This document shows, one piece after another, positions 24,000 through 37,187 of a DNA stretch of 64,000 nt; the stretch's first letter is position 1, and each line of letters begins with the position of its first letter. Below the pieces are notes generated by a model. It made no database searches. It worked only from the letters and a program-made list of their open reading frames with translations, and had not been told where the DNA came from. Source of the DNA: Leucoraja erinacea (lineage: Eukaryota); NCBI RefSeq assembly GCF_028641065.1, contig NC_073383.1, positions 13,764,001 through 13,828,000 of the forward strand. Direction: 5' to 3'. The translations under genes were made by a program, and so were the position numbers.

Positions 24000-26514
24000 A
24001 TTGGGCATTAACTGGATCTGATGTGTTGTGCCTTTCTGAAAAGGAAATGGCTGGACAAGTGTAAATATTATTCGCTTTGGTTAAAATAACATAAAAATAG
24101 AATATATTTTCAATGGAGAACTACTGTTAAATGGTGATATGGGTTCCGATTTGCATGTGCAAATAAGTGGGAAGTAACTTCTTGAAGGCCTTTAATGCAA
24201 AGAGATTGAAGTCCAGATTAAGAAAGTCTGGCTACAATTGAACCGGGCTTTCGAGAAGCCATAACTGGAATTCCATGTATGTTCTCATCCACTTACAACA
24301 GGGAAGATATCCTTGCCCTAAATGCAATGCAACAAAGGCATGGAAGGAATCAAGTGAAGAGTGAGTTCTGTGAGAAGATCAAACTTGTAATCTCTTACGA
24401 TTTTAAGAATGAGCGGCAATCGTATTGAAACTATACAGATTCTGAATAAACTTGAAACGGTAGACATGACAGTCTCAAGGCGAAAAGTCAAATATTGTTA
24501 GCCCAGTGTCGGAGGTTTTATTTCTTAAAGAAGTGTGAATCTTCAGGATTGTCTACTTCTTAGAACTGTGGATCCTCAATCATTAAGCATAGTTAAGGGG
24601 TGCGATCAACAGATTTTCAAGTTGCGGAAACCAGGAATGTGGAGATGAAGATGAGAATAATGGTGGAGGCGGAGTGAACCAAAGGCCATGTGAACCAAGG
24701 CCATTATCTACATCGATCAGTTAGTGGTACATATCAATTAATTCAAAATTGATTATTTTAATCATGCAATATTGATCATAAGCCCATAAAATATGACCTT
24801 AAAAGTTGGACGAGGTTTTAGCCTTGCAAAGCAACAAAATTGTCTTTCCACAGTATCAGAAAACTAACAGAAATGCAGTAGCAAAGGAAATATTAAATCT
24901 TACTAGTATTAGTTTGCAGTGTAAATGTAGAATGGAAAGGGTGAAAGAATATAATTTCTGCATATTTTCTTGTTTAAACCCCAGGGAACGTTTAAAGCCA
25001 TCTAAACAAGTATAAGAAAGCCAGGATAAAGGAAATTGCATATTTAATATTTCAAAGCATGCTTCCTGTGTTATTAGGATGCAATAAAATCACACCCAGT
25101 AACTTCACTGCCAATTTTACTGAGTACTAAATGGTTATGTTCTATTTTCCTGTTTATAACATTACTTAATAGGCACTTTTTCCCCCCACAAAGTGAATCA
25201 GATTTTTTTTCCAGTTTGCCTTCAGTCCAAAAGAATTAAATGCAGTGGGCAGGTCTTTAGACCTTGGTGAAACAACAGAATAAACAGTAGGTAGTGCGAG
25301 TGTGCAGAGGAATGGGAGTGGAAGGACAAGGTTTAGTCACTAGTCTTATTGATGGCGAGGAATAAATTATAAAGAGGATTGCTTTCAGGCCTTGCAGGCT
25401 TCAAGTACAAAGGGAAAACCTTTTACAGTCCATGCACATTGTCTTTACTCAGGACATTGTTCATTATGCACTGGTCACCATACTCAAGATTCCCACCTAC
25501 CATTGCCATGCTAAACGGTAATAGCTGTTCCCTCTTACATGGGGTTATGGGGAGAAGGCAGGAGAATGCGGTGAGGAGGGAGAGATGAACGAGCCATGAG
25601 TGAATGGCAGAGTAGACTTGATGGGCAGAATGGCCTCATTCTACCTCTATTCCTTTTGACTTTATGACGTCGAATATCTGTGTGGCCAAAACGGGGAGCA
25701 AAATCTTTTTGTGGGTCTCAAGCCTCCATTTATTTTCCAATCAAATGTCACATCTCCTTCAGCTCAAGAGCAGCCAGCCAAACACGGGCAGGTATATTTC
25801 AATTACAACAAATGGCTTAGTGCTTCCACACGTTCCATTTAGTGTTACAACTGCCGCTACCATGCCAAGTGCAACTGTTGTCTGCAAATCATCTTGTGTC
25901 TTGTCTTGGGAGTTGCAGGGAAAAGCAGATGCAAACTTAAAATGACAGTATTTGCTGCATTAAAAAGGTGTTTTACAATGTTCATTTGTGAACTGTTCTA
26001 CCTTTTAAAAAAAAGTACTATACTGGCCTCTACATTTCCACTCCCAAAAGTCTAATGGAGATTTTTTTACTTGTTGAGAAAGAGGAGGCACAGCTTGAGC
26101 TTAAGGATCGCAGTATTATGCTAAGCACCATTAATTCCCCAGAGTGTACACAGACCACGTACCTTCCGCCTGAGCGTGACATTGCGTTTTGTTTATTGTC
26201 ACGTGTACCGAGGTACAGTGAAAATCTTATGTTACGTGCAAACCAGTCCACGAAAGACAATACATGATTATAATTAAACCATCCACGATGTACAGATATG
26301 TGATAAAGGAAATAACATGAATAACATTCAGAGCAAGATAAAATGAGTAAAGTCCGATCAAAGATAGTCCGAGGGTCTCCGTTGAGGTTGGTCGTAGTTC
26401 AGGACTGCTCTCGAGTTGTTGGTAGGATGGCTCAGTTGCCTGATCACAGCTGGGAAGAAACTATCTGTGATATAGAGCCAAAGCCCACTCAAAGAACAAC
26501 CAAGCGTTAACTGT

Positions 26515-26718
26515 TTAAGAAGGAACTGCAGATGCTGGAAAATCGAAGGTACACAAAAATGCTGGAGAAACTCAGCGGGTGCAGCAGCATCTATGGAGCG
26601 AAGGAAATAGGCAACGTTTCGGGCCAAAACCCTTGGGTTTCGGCCCAAAACGTTGCCTATTTCCTTCGCTCCATAGATGCTGCTGCACCCGCTGAGATTC
26701 TCCAGCATTCTTGTGTAC
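26515..26718. mobile_element. Fold-back (hairpin) PLE derivative with 15-bp TSD
   Basis: About 84-bp inverted arms (26548-26631 and 26636-26719) plus a one-sided tail; ccaag(c/a)gttaactgt at 26500-26514 and 26719-26733. Confidence 0.9.
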
Positions 26719-27311
26719 CCAAGAGTTAACTGTGCAAGTTGTAACTTCAATTAAAGACTGGCTTCAGCACAGAGACTGATACAGTTGGTGCCTGCAAACA
26801 ATCACGGCCACTTGGTTCAAGAGCAGTGAATATCAACCTCAATCACCAATTGGCAGTACAAAATACAATCAAGTGTGTCACAGTTTGCCCCAGTGAGTCA
26901 TGGCCAACAAAAAACATGTCAGGACAACACAAATTTAACAAAAGATAGACACAAAATGCTGGACTAGCTCAGCGGGACAGGTGGCATCTCTCGTGAGAAG
27001 GAATGGGTGACATTACGGGGGACCCTTCTTCAGACTGCCAAATTACAATTAATGCGCTCAATGGGGATTTGATTAAGGCATTTTTTAAAAGAAATTGAGA
27101 TTATCCGGTTAAAATGAGAATTGGTTCAGAATATACTGAAATAACTGGAGATTATAAGGGGGCATGATTGTTTCCTCGCCACTGGGATACTGCCTGTCCC
27201 GCTGAGTTACTCCAGCTTTTTGTGTCCTTCTTCGGTTTAAACCCATCTGCAGTTCCTTCCTACACAATGTTAACAAATGCAGGGTGTGCGTCAGTAAACA
27301 CGGCAATCTTA

Positions 27312-27507
27312 AGGGCCTGTCCCACACGCAATTTTTCGGCGACTTGCCGGCACCCATCATAGGTGCAGCAGGTGGCCGAAAAAAGGTAGGATTCTTTGGG
27401 CGGCTGCTCACGACCATACAGGCGACATGTCGAGGGGGGACGCCTGTACGGTCGTGAGTAGACGCTCAGAGAGTCGCCGAATAAATCGCGTAAGTGGAAC
27501 AGGACCA
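27312..27507. mobile_element. PIF/Harbinger-like MITE, second subfamily
   Basis: TTA|agggcctgtcccac...gtggaacaggacca|TTA, with an internal inverted repeat ctcacgaccatacaggcg/cgcctgtacggtcgtgag. Confidence 0.8.
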
Positions 27508-27759
27508 TTATGACCGTTCAACAATCAACGTTCACTGATCTCGTCACTTCCGTTAAAAGAACTAGATTTCTGAAACATGTAACTAATTTGTAACCAAGGT
27601 TTCAGAGAGTGCAAGAGAAGCGTGTTTTACAGAAGCTGTCATAGTACCTTCATTTTATAACAGGCCGTTTACTTTAAATGGAACGAGGATAAGTGACTAA
27701 AGGCACACTTTGTCCCCATCCTGATCGCATGTTTTTACAAAGACACCACCTGTGTTCAG

Positions 27760-28186
27760 CAGGGGTCGGAAACCTTGTTTTGCATCGGGGCCAGGACGCA
27801 TGTCTGAGCGGATGGCGGGCCACATCTATCACGTGTACACATGGATCCCGCCGCGGATGGCAGGCACCAAATCACGTGTTCACAGAAGGTAGACAAAAAT
27901 GCTGGAGAAACTCAGTGGGCGAGGCAGCCTCATGCAATCCTTGCATGCCTCACCCACTGAGTTTCTCCAGCATTTTGTCTACCTTTGATTTTTCCAGCAT
28001 CTGCAGTTCTTTCTTAAACGTGTTCGCAGAAGGTGCATTTCCGTGCCGGCGGCTTTGCGCAGGATGCGGTACAGCCAGAGCTCGGGCGCGCTGGGGGCGC
28101 TCGACGGGCCGGATGACTACGGAAAAAACAAATCCGCATGCGGGCCGGATGATATCGGGTTACAGGCCGTAAGTTGCCGACCTCTG
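27760..28186. mobile_element. hAT (Charlie-like) MITE
   Basis: TIRs caggggtcggaaacct / aagttgccgacctctg; decayed 8-bp flanks gtgttcag / ttgtacaa. Confidence 0.8.
27891..28017. mobile_element. Fold-back PLE derivative nested in the hAT MITE, 17-bp direct repeat
   Basis: acgtgttc(a/g)cagaaggt at 27874-27890 and 28018-28034; inverted arms around an atgcaatccttgcat loop. Confidence 0.85.
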
Positions 28187-28221
28187 TTGTACAAGGTACT
28201 GCATATTCTACCATGTTTATA

Positions 28222-28592
28222 GAGTCATAGATAGTGTCATACAGCGTGGAAAGAGGCCCTTCAGCCCAACTTTCCCACTCCGATCAACATGCCCCATCTA
28301 CACTAGTCCCACCTGCCTGCATTTAGCCCATATCCCTCTAAACCTATCCTATCCATGTATTTGTAAACATTTAAACATTGCAATATTACCTGCCTCAACG
28401 ACTTCCTCCGCCATTAAATGTTCCCCTCCACACCTAAAACCCATGTCCTCTGGTTCTCGATTCCCCGATTCTGGGTAAAATACTTTGTGCTGTTACCCTT
28501 TCTATTCCTCTCATGATCTTATACACCACTATAAGATCCTAGCCTGCTCTACCACTCCCTATAGCTCAGGTGCTGGCAACATCCTCGTAAAA
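28222..28592 (-). mobile_element. CR1 LINE 3' fragment
   Basis: Similar to 23215-23785. Confidence 0.75.
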
Positions 28593-28599
28593 ATGACTG

Positions 28600-30208
28600 C
28601 GGAATTTTAGAAACTCATGTCAGTCTCAGTCACAGAGGCCGACGTCAGGAAATCCTTCAGAGGGGTGAATCCTCGAAAAGCACCTGGTCCTGATGGTATA
28701 CCCAGTCGTGTTCTAAAAACCTGAGCGGACCAACTGGCGGGAGTTTTTACGGACATTTTCAACCTCTCACATCTGAGGACTGAGGTCCCCACCTGCTTTA
28801 AAAGGGCATCAATTATACCGGTGCCCAAGAAGAGTAAGGTGACGTGCCTCAATGACTATCGGCCAGTGGCACTAACGCCGGTGGTGATGAAGTGCTTTGA
28901 GAGGCTGATCATGGAGCAAATCAACTCCTACCTCGCCAAAAACCTGGACCCACTGCAGTTCGCTTACCGCCACAACAGATCAATGGTGGATGCGATCTCG
29001 CTGGCCCTCCACTCCACACTGGACCACTTGGACAACAAAACTCATATGTCAGGCTGTTATTCATCAATTACAGCTCGGCATTCAACACAATCATCCCCTC
29101 CAAACAGGTTACCAAACTCGCAGAACTGGGTCTCTGCGCATCTGCAGCTGGATCCTCGACTTCCTCATCCACAGACCACAGTCTGTTCGTATTGGTGGAA
29201 ATGTGTCAGCCTCGATAACAATCAGCACGGGAGCACCTCAAGGCTGCGTGCTCAGCCCCCTGCTGTACTCACTCTATACCCATGACTGCGTAGCCAACCA
29301 CAGTGCGAACTCCATCATCAAGTTCGCTGACGACAACACTGTTGTGGAACGTATCACTGATGGGGATGAGTCAGAATATAGAAGGGAGATCGAGCAACTG
29401 TCCATATGGGCAATAACCTGGCCTTCAACACCAGCAAAACCAAGGAACTGATTGTGGACTTTGGAAGGAGTAGGAGGGGGACCCACAGCCCCATTTATAT
29501 CAACGGGTCGATGGTTGAAAGGGTCAAGAACTTCAAATTCCTGGGCGTGCACATCTCTGAAAATCTTTCCTGGTCCGAGAACACTGATGCAATTATTAAG
29601 AAAGCTCATCAGCCCCTCTACTTCCCGAGAAGATTACGGAGAGTTGGTTTGTCAAGGAAGACTCTCTCTAACTTCTACAGGTGCACAGTGGAGAGCATGC
29701 TGACCTGTTGCATCATGGCTTGGTTCGGCAATTTGAGCACCCTGGAGAGGAATATACTACAAAAAGTAGTAAACACTGCCCAGTCCATCATCGGCTCTGA
29801 CCTTCCTTCCATCGAGGGGATTTATCGCAGTCGCTGCCTCAAAAAGGCTGGCAGTATCATCAAAGACCCACACCATCCTGGCCACACACTCATCTCCCTA
29901 CTACCTTCAGGTAGAAGGTACAGGAGCCTGAAGACTGCAACAACCAGGTTCAGGAATAGCTACTTCCCCACAGCCATCAGGTTATTAAACCTGACTCGGA
30001 CAAAACTGATTATTAATAACCACTTTCTGTTATTTGCACTTTACCAGTTTATTTATTCATGTGTGTATATCTTTATATCATGGTATATGGACACATTTAT
30101 GTGTTTTGTAGTAAATGCCTACTATTTTCTATGTGCTTAAGCAAAGCAAGAATTTCATTGTCCTATACAGGGACACATGACAATAAACTCACTTGAACAC
30201 TTGAACTT
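28600..30208 (+). mobile_element. Rex1/Babar LINE, 5'-truncated, frameshifted RT
   Basis: [61 protein letters not shown] and SGRRYRS across ORFs 28821, 28990 and 29406; tail aataaactc(acttga)n. Confidence 0.93.
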
Positions 30209-30635
30209 GGGTGCCAGGAACAGTCTGGGGTGCAAGTGGATGGGGAATGGGTGGGTGGGGGTGACATTGTAAAGCAGCGTCTCACGATCAATGGTGATAA
30301 CTGCGTATTACAGGGAGAGCTCTTTTGCAAGGGCAGCAGAACATCAGCAGGCAGCAACATAAAATGGTGGCACAAACCAATAAACATTCAATGAATCTCA
30401 TGCATGAAGCTTGTACTCGTTTCTGACCATTACACTAACTAGTTCCCCAGGTGCACATCTACCTTCATCATAGGCTCAGGTTCTGCTCGAGTTCACATCT
30501 TAAAGCATTTACAAATGAATCTCACTTTTTAACACTTTTTGCCCAGAGAATTTTGAAAACATAAGCTGATAACAACATAACAACAGAGATGGGAGCACAG
30601 CTATTGCTGCCACAGGAGAACAACAGAGTGGACTC

Positions 30636-30856
30636 TGTATAGGAAGGAACTGCAGATGCTAGTTTATACCAAAGATAGCCACAAAATGCTGGAGCAGCTC
30701 AACGGGTCAGGCTGCATCTCTGGAGAAAAGGAATTGTGTCTGAAGAAGGGTTCCAACTAGAACATCGCCTATTCCTTTTCTCCGGAGATGCTGTCTCACC
30801 CGAAACGTCACCTATTCCATCGCTCCATAGATGCTGCCTGACCCACTGAGTTACTT
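30636..30856. mobile_element. Fold-back PLE derivative
   Basis: tgtataggaaggaactgcag start and inverted terminal blocks. Confidence 0.7.
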
Positions 30857-31779
30857 GGTTCATTAGCAGAATGAACAATGTCTCTCAATTCAATAAACAT
30901 CAAGGAATGGGAAATAAAAATGAAAGTACTATGAGGGTGAATGCAGCAGAGCGTTTGTATTTGGTGAAAAAGCAGATATAAATAAAGAGAGAGTTAGAAA
31001 GAAAGATCATGATGGATTCGACTGAGCAAGGGAAATCAAAGCAATTGACCTTTTTAATAATCTATAACCATTATGAGCACGAAGGAACAAAAAACACACC
31101 TTTAATTTCTGAAAGAAAATCAATTAATAATCAACAATAATTACATTTTTAAATAAATACCCATGTAGTTCTTTGCTTGATGAAGTTTCCTGGCAAGTTC
31201 AATAAATAATTAATACACAAACATGAAAATCATTGCAAAGTTAAGATGTCATTCTTACAAAGTTTACATAAGAGTGCATCAAGTCGGAAGTTACAATTAT
31301 CGACCATTACATATCAATAGTGCTCTATCTTATCCTCCCTCACAACCATATGTGTTCCACTTAAATGTCCATTTTTTCTTGGCCACTTCATCAATGATGT
31401 TGTTTGTGGCTGCCAATGTTGACATATTGGCTTTAGCAATCTTAGATGGCAGACATTCAGATTTTATGAAAAACCAAGCAATAAATCCATCGCTTTCTTA
31501 AATTCAGCCTTTTAAAAATCATAAACACTCCCAGATTACATAGCTTACTCACGGCGAAGAGCTAGCACTTATCAGCAACTGGTTTCGAGCTCTGACGGTC
31601 TTATTTTTGGCCCAGTTTAATCCAACTGCAACCTGACCATGTAGAGGAGTGCTTCCAATTGGCCAACCTGTTGGGTCACTGCCGTTTGACAGGGAATAGA
31701 TCAAACAACATTTTCTGCAATCACTGTCCAAAGCATTGAATCAAACCAACCAAAAAATTATAGTAAGTGTCCTACTCAC

Positions 31780-31874
31780 CATAGTAGCGGAGTTTTTTAC
31801 TGTAATACATGGGGTGGTGGCTCGCAGTGCTCCGCTTACACCATGGTAGTATTTAAAACTGATTTTAGTTTCAG
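31780..31874 (-). CDS. HECW2: HECW2 internal coding exon, 95 bp ([32 protein letters not shown])
   Basis: Not in the ORF track; translated by hand. Acceptor ctcctcag|CT, donor ATG|gtgag, phase 1-0. Contains the [16 protein letters not shown] motif of HECW1/2. Confidence 0.96.
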
Positions 31875-33249
31875 CTGAGGAGCAAAGAGAGAGAGATAAC
31901 TGGTTAAATTCTCAACGATTTCAGAAGAATCACTTTAGTTTAAAAAAAAAGTTTTTGTTCTGATTTACATATTTCGCCAAATATTCACTAGAAATTGCCA
32001 TTGCTTAAAAAGAAACAAATAGCAGGAGCTGCTTGGCACGACTGCTAAAACTTGACAAGATCCTGTTTCCCTCCGAGAGAGTTGACCCATTAGATTCCTT
32101 TGATCAACTCTTACATCCAACATTGTGCTTAGTGATGGTCATTGCTGGCATCTATTTTACACCTTGCAGATGGGGCCAAGCTCAGCCACGGGCAGCTTGT
32201 GACGGTGGTCAGGTGCGTGGAGTGTGTCGATGATGACAAAAAAAGAGAGCTTTCACCGATACATGATGCAGAAATTGGCCCGCATTTTTGCAAATGTGAC
32301 TTCATGAGGTAAATGGCCATGGGAGTTTAATGTAAAGTATTAAAAGTTTATTTGATGCAACATATACAGTAGACAATTATAATATAACTACAACAGGACT
32401 TAGACAGGTATTTTCCATTTGTAGCTGGTGGAACTGAGTGGGCCACACCACTTTTGTAGAGGGAATAGACAATAGGTGTAGGAGTAGACCATACGGCCCT
32501 TCGAGCTTAGCACCGCCATTCACTGTGATCATGGCTGATCATCCACAATCAGTACCCCGGATTTTCTTTTGTTCTTCTTCAATCGATCTTTTCACTTTCT
32601 ACTTCCTTTCTTTCTTGTTTTCTTTTTCTCCTCTTTTTTCATTTTCATAATTTGTGTTATAAGATTAAATATGTAGCTGTACAATAATTGTATAATTTTA
32701 AGATGCCAAATGTTTTATCTCTGTACAATTGCTTCTAATTCAAAAAATAAAAAATAAATAATAAAATAAAATATTTGAACCATTCTTCACACCGATTGAA
32801 ATGGGGGAAGAAAGCTGGAAAAGAAAGATGGGAGTAGGATAACGTCTGGCAAGTGATAAATGGATATAAGTGATACAAGTGATAAATGGATACAAGTGAG
32901 GGGTGGGGGGTTGGGGGCAAGGGATTTGATTGCAGATGGATGGAGTGACAAAAGCTAAGGGTGAACAGGAGACAAAAGGGTGTCAGATAATGATAGAAGA
33001 CAAGTGAAATGTTAAACTGGAGAGGATATTCCAGGTGAGAAAGGCATTCATGTGTACTTCTTCAAACCTTGTCCACAGTATATGGTCAATCGGACTGTCC
33101 ATTCCCTCTACAAATGCTCTTGATGTGACCTTGACAATTGTAAGACCGAGCATAGACTAGACAACCATTTCACCAAACACTTGCTCTCTGTCTGCCATGG
33201 CATGCTGGATCTCCCAGTTGTTAACCATTTTAACTCCTCTTCCCATTCC

Positions 33250-33562
33250 CAGAATGGGAGTGCCTGGAGCGTGGCCTTGCATCACCCGGCGCGGGTTTAA
33301 TGGCTGCGGGACACTTACCATCGCCCGCCAGGGGCTTTGACTCTGACATCGGGAGGAGAATGGGGAGAGCAGGGGAGAGATAAGACTTTGCCTTCCATGA
33401 CAGTGAGGAGGAGATTCACTGTGGTGGATGTTTGTAAAAATTATGTTGTGTCTTGGTTCTTTTTTTCTTGTGTGTATGACTGCAGAAACCAAATTTTGTT
33501 TGAACCTCAATGAGATTCAAATGACAACAAATAAATTGTATTGAACTGTATTGTATTGTATT
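33250..33562 (+). mobile_element. Non-autonomous retroelement with a Rex1-like tail, nested in an old minus-strand PLE (about 32775-33610)
   Basis: GC-rich head; tail gaaaccaaattttgttt...aatgacaacaaataaa(ttgta)n. PLE GIY-YIG remnants on both sides. Confidence 0.55.
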
Positions 33563-35160
33563 GGTAGCTTACAACCCAGTGGTATGAACATTTAATTCTC
33601 CAATTTGAAGTAATGCTATCCTTTGACTACCCTTGTCTCCTTTCATTTGTGGCCTTCTGTCACTTACTCCACTCATCTGCCAATTAGCCAACTATTGTAG
33701 CTCATTGCTCAAAGTAGCTAGTCCAGTTCAAGTCTTCCTCAGTCAAATCAATTTTTTGCAATTTAATGCTTGTACTGAAATATACCCTTGAATGGTCATA
33801 GGATGACTTAAACAGCAACTGTTTCTGGCACTGTTACTGATCATAATTGCCAATTCCTTCTCCTGCTTCCACACAACAGCATGTCTAGGAATGTATTGCA
33901 TCTTTCATGCTTTCTGCACTATTGTCCGTTGTGCAATGCAAAGAGGAGGCCTTTCCTTCCTTCCCATCGCCATGGTCGTTGTTCTTCTGAACTATCGAGC
34001 ACATCTTATTAACTTTGCTCCAGTCTTCAAACACACAAATCTGTACCAATACTAGGTCATAACCAATCCAATACCCCCTTCCAAAGGACAATGACAACCC
34101 CATGGGCTGAGTGGACAGCGGTCCTGCTAGATAGCTATTGACACTATGCAGAAGAGCCCCACTGACCAGACTCAAGACAAGCTCAAGCTAGTTCAGTTCC
34201 TCCATGGGTCGCTATGAGACCCTGCAAATTAGAACATCATTTTGAGACCAGAAGACCTTTCATTACGACACATTCACATCCGCTGTCTGAAACCACGCCG
34301 TTAAAACAACTAGGTTGAAAGGGCAGACGGTTTTCTGGTTGGGAAATTGACATACATCGTATATCAAAAGAAGATGGTCTTTAAATGTACATATTTAAAT
34401 TTACCAGTTAAGAGACTGGTCTTTAAGTTTACTATGAGCAACATCACGGCCATTTTCAAGGTTTATTAATATTTAGATATTTCATTTAAATTTTATGTAA
34501 GCCCTAATTTTACAAAAAAAAAAAAAAAATTCTGTGCAAGGCACTGTCATAGAAAATATTATACATTTAAAAAAAAAAGTTTATTTTGGCATAAGATCTC
34601 AACAAATCAGTTACAAACAATAAGAAAAGACACCAAGTGGTATGTTGGAGATGTGTTGACATTGTTTTGCTAACATAGTTCATCTCAAATGGAATTAGAT
34701 GAAGGCTGATCTACCAAACTTTGTCACGGGAAATAAAAATCATGTAAATGGGAGAACACTGATAACTGTCCCTCCTGAGAGTACACTTCACTGTTTTGAG
34801 AATGTCCTGAAGTTTAAACATTATTTTGGTCATTTTCCTTCGAGGAGCAAACGTTATGAGACTCTAAACATGTGGCAATTTGTATTTGAACTCACAGTTA
34901 CACCAAAGCAGAAAACTGCTTTTGCCTCAGGGGATAGATAGATAGATTCTTGATTAGTACAGGTGTCAGAGGTTTAGGGGAGAAGGCAGGAGAATGGGGT
35001 TAGGAGGGAGAGATAGATCAGCCATGATTGTATGGTGGAGTAGACATGAAGGGCCAAATGGCCTGCACCTATTCCTCGACCTTCAGACCTTAACCTTGAA
35101 AGAAGGATTTAATGGGTTCTGCCCCTCACACTAACACTGGCCAGGGTTCCATGAAAAGGC

Positions 35161-35331
35161 GTTTAAGAAGGAACTGCAGATGCTGGAAAATCGAAGGTAC
35201 ACAAAAATCCTGGAGAAACTCAGTGGGTGCAGTTCAGGCCGAAACCCTTCTTCGGCCCTAAACGTTGCCTATTTCCTTCGCCCCATAGATGCTGTGGCAC
35301 CCGCTGAGTTTCTCCAGCATTTTTGTGTACC
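35161..35331. mobile_element. Fold-back PLE derivative with a perfect 14-bp TSD
   Basis: ttccatgaaaaggc at 35147-35160 and 35332-35345. Confidence 0.9.
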
Positions 35332-35463
35332 TTCCATGAAAAGGCCATGTGAGGACTTTACTATTATTTACACAAGAGACACAAGAATCTGCAGATACTG
35401 GAATCTTGAGCAAAAACCAGGCTGTTAAAGGAACTCAGCAGATGAGGCAGCATCTAAGAAGGG

Positions 35464-35579
35464 GTGGGAGATTGCAACCTTCACGAATGCAATCAAACTG
35501 GCGTGCACAATCAAATAAGATCAAATAGAACAAGTTGTTGTGCAACTTTAGGCTGTGTACGCCCTACGCAAGAAGAAGA
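35464..35579 (+). mobile_element. Short non-LTR retroelement 3' end with a (GAA)n tail, inserted in an old PLE terminus
   Basis: 15-bp TSD agcatctaagaaggg at 35449-35463 and 35580-35594; ends acgcaagaagaagaa. Confidence 0.75.
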
Positions 35580-36801
35580 AGCATCTAAGAAGGGAAATGG
35601 ACAGAAAACATTTTGGATCGGCACCCTAACTCAGGCTGCTGGAAGGGAGATACCTGGTAGATAGAAGCGAGTGGAAGGGATGAAGTAAGAGCAAGTGTTT
35701 ACAGCAGGCCTATTCATGTAATGCCATGTAATATTCAGTAATGCCAAGATGTTTGCACAACGCAGGCCTGCGTCTCGTAGTTTTTTGTAATTTAGTTAGT
35801 AATAATTAGTTTTTCTTGCAGAATTCTGTATTTTTTTATTATTCTGACAATTTTTTATGCAGCAACTACTACAGCTGCGCAAAACTGCATTTCGTTGTAC
35901 TCATACTTGTATTTGTGCGATGACATTAAAGTTGAATTGAATAACTGGTAGTAATTAGTTCTTGCAGAAGCTGGAGGACAGATTTTACAGCCTATCAGCT
36001 GCAAGAAATTTGTCATTCGTGAATATAATCAAGAAGGCTCCATTACCACTTCCCTCATTTGAAGAAAAGCTAGAATTTTTTAAAGCAATTCCAAATCGTC
36101 TCATTTATATTTGCAGCGAGAACACAGAAAATTAAAGGTATATAGTTTCTATATTCAGACTCCTAATGCCTGTTCATATGTCATTTTGCATATCTTTTTA
36201 AAACTAGAACACTCACTTTAGTAATTATCAAGTTATCAAATTGGAAACATTTGTCTCTTGAGGCTTATGTTGTAATAAATATAATATAATCATGTACAAC
36301 ACCAACTCCATAATTTGTTTAAATGTGTTGTACCTTCAACTTATGAAAAACACATTTTATGCATAGGCAGGTTTACCTACAGTATGTTCTAACACTAATC
36401 AAAACGTGCACCTTTTAGCCACACAATTGTTAATTCTGGTCAAATTGGAGAGGCCAGCACACTAAAATTGAGTAACGGCTTCTGGGCTGCTAGGCCATTT
36501 GGTCAATTTAAATGTGCGTTCTGCAGAAATAGAACAAGCTGCAGAATGGTGCCAGTTTGGCTCGATCCCAGATAAGAGCTGCAGGAAGAGAATGGAACAT
36601 CTGCAGATCCTGACAATTAGGTGCAAATTGCATGGAACGGATTGGATGAATGCAAACCAGACTTATACATTGTAAATATTGTTGCAAAGCTTTACTTTTA
36701 GATGTTGATTGGATTAAGTATTGAGCCTTGTCTGGGTTTCTTGAAAATCAAGGCACATGTTGCGATGTTTGCTTCCTTTCAGAAGCTTCGTTTGAATACA
36801 T

Positions 36802-37187
36802 TGTATTAGTCACTGTATTATTGGGTTAGGGAAATGTCTATCACATACTGGGTTAATCCATATCGGTTATTGAACTGTAAAGAGACCACCCCCATGTGGT
36901 TCGGCCCCTCAAGGTTCGGGCACCTATAAAAGGCCGCTCCCACACGGTCCTGTGTCGATCTTCTGGGAGAAAATTAGGACTGAGTGACCTTCTGGAGTGT
37001 CTCTGCTTGAACGAGGCTAAAGACGGCTTGGCCAGGCAGATACGAGGATTGAACCCGCGATGGTTAGGTATAGTAGTGGGAACTGTTATTGTGTTTTTCC
37101 AAAATAAAGTTTAGATACGCAAGTGCTTGACAGTATTTTATTGACTGAAACTAGACTGAGGGGAAGCTTAGAATGAGCTATTTACAC
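36802..37187 (+). mobile_element. Putative solo LTR
   Basis: TGTA...TACA(CA) ends, TATAAAA at 36925, AATAAA at 37103, CpG-richer than the flanks; no clean TSD found. Confidence 0.5.

Noticed and set aside
31549-31731. 60-aa ORF and gtgagt donor just downstream of the 95-bp exon
   Set aside because: The implied intron would be about 60 nt, the phase-0 frame has a TAG near the donor, and the HECW2 frame is already complete without it.
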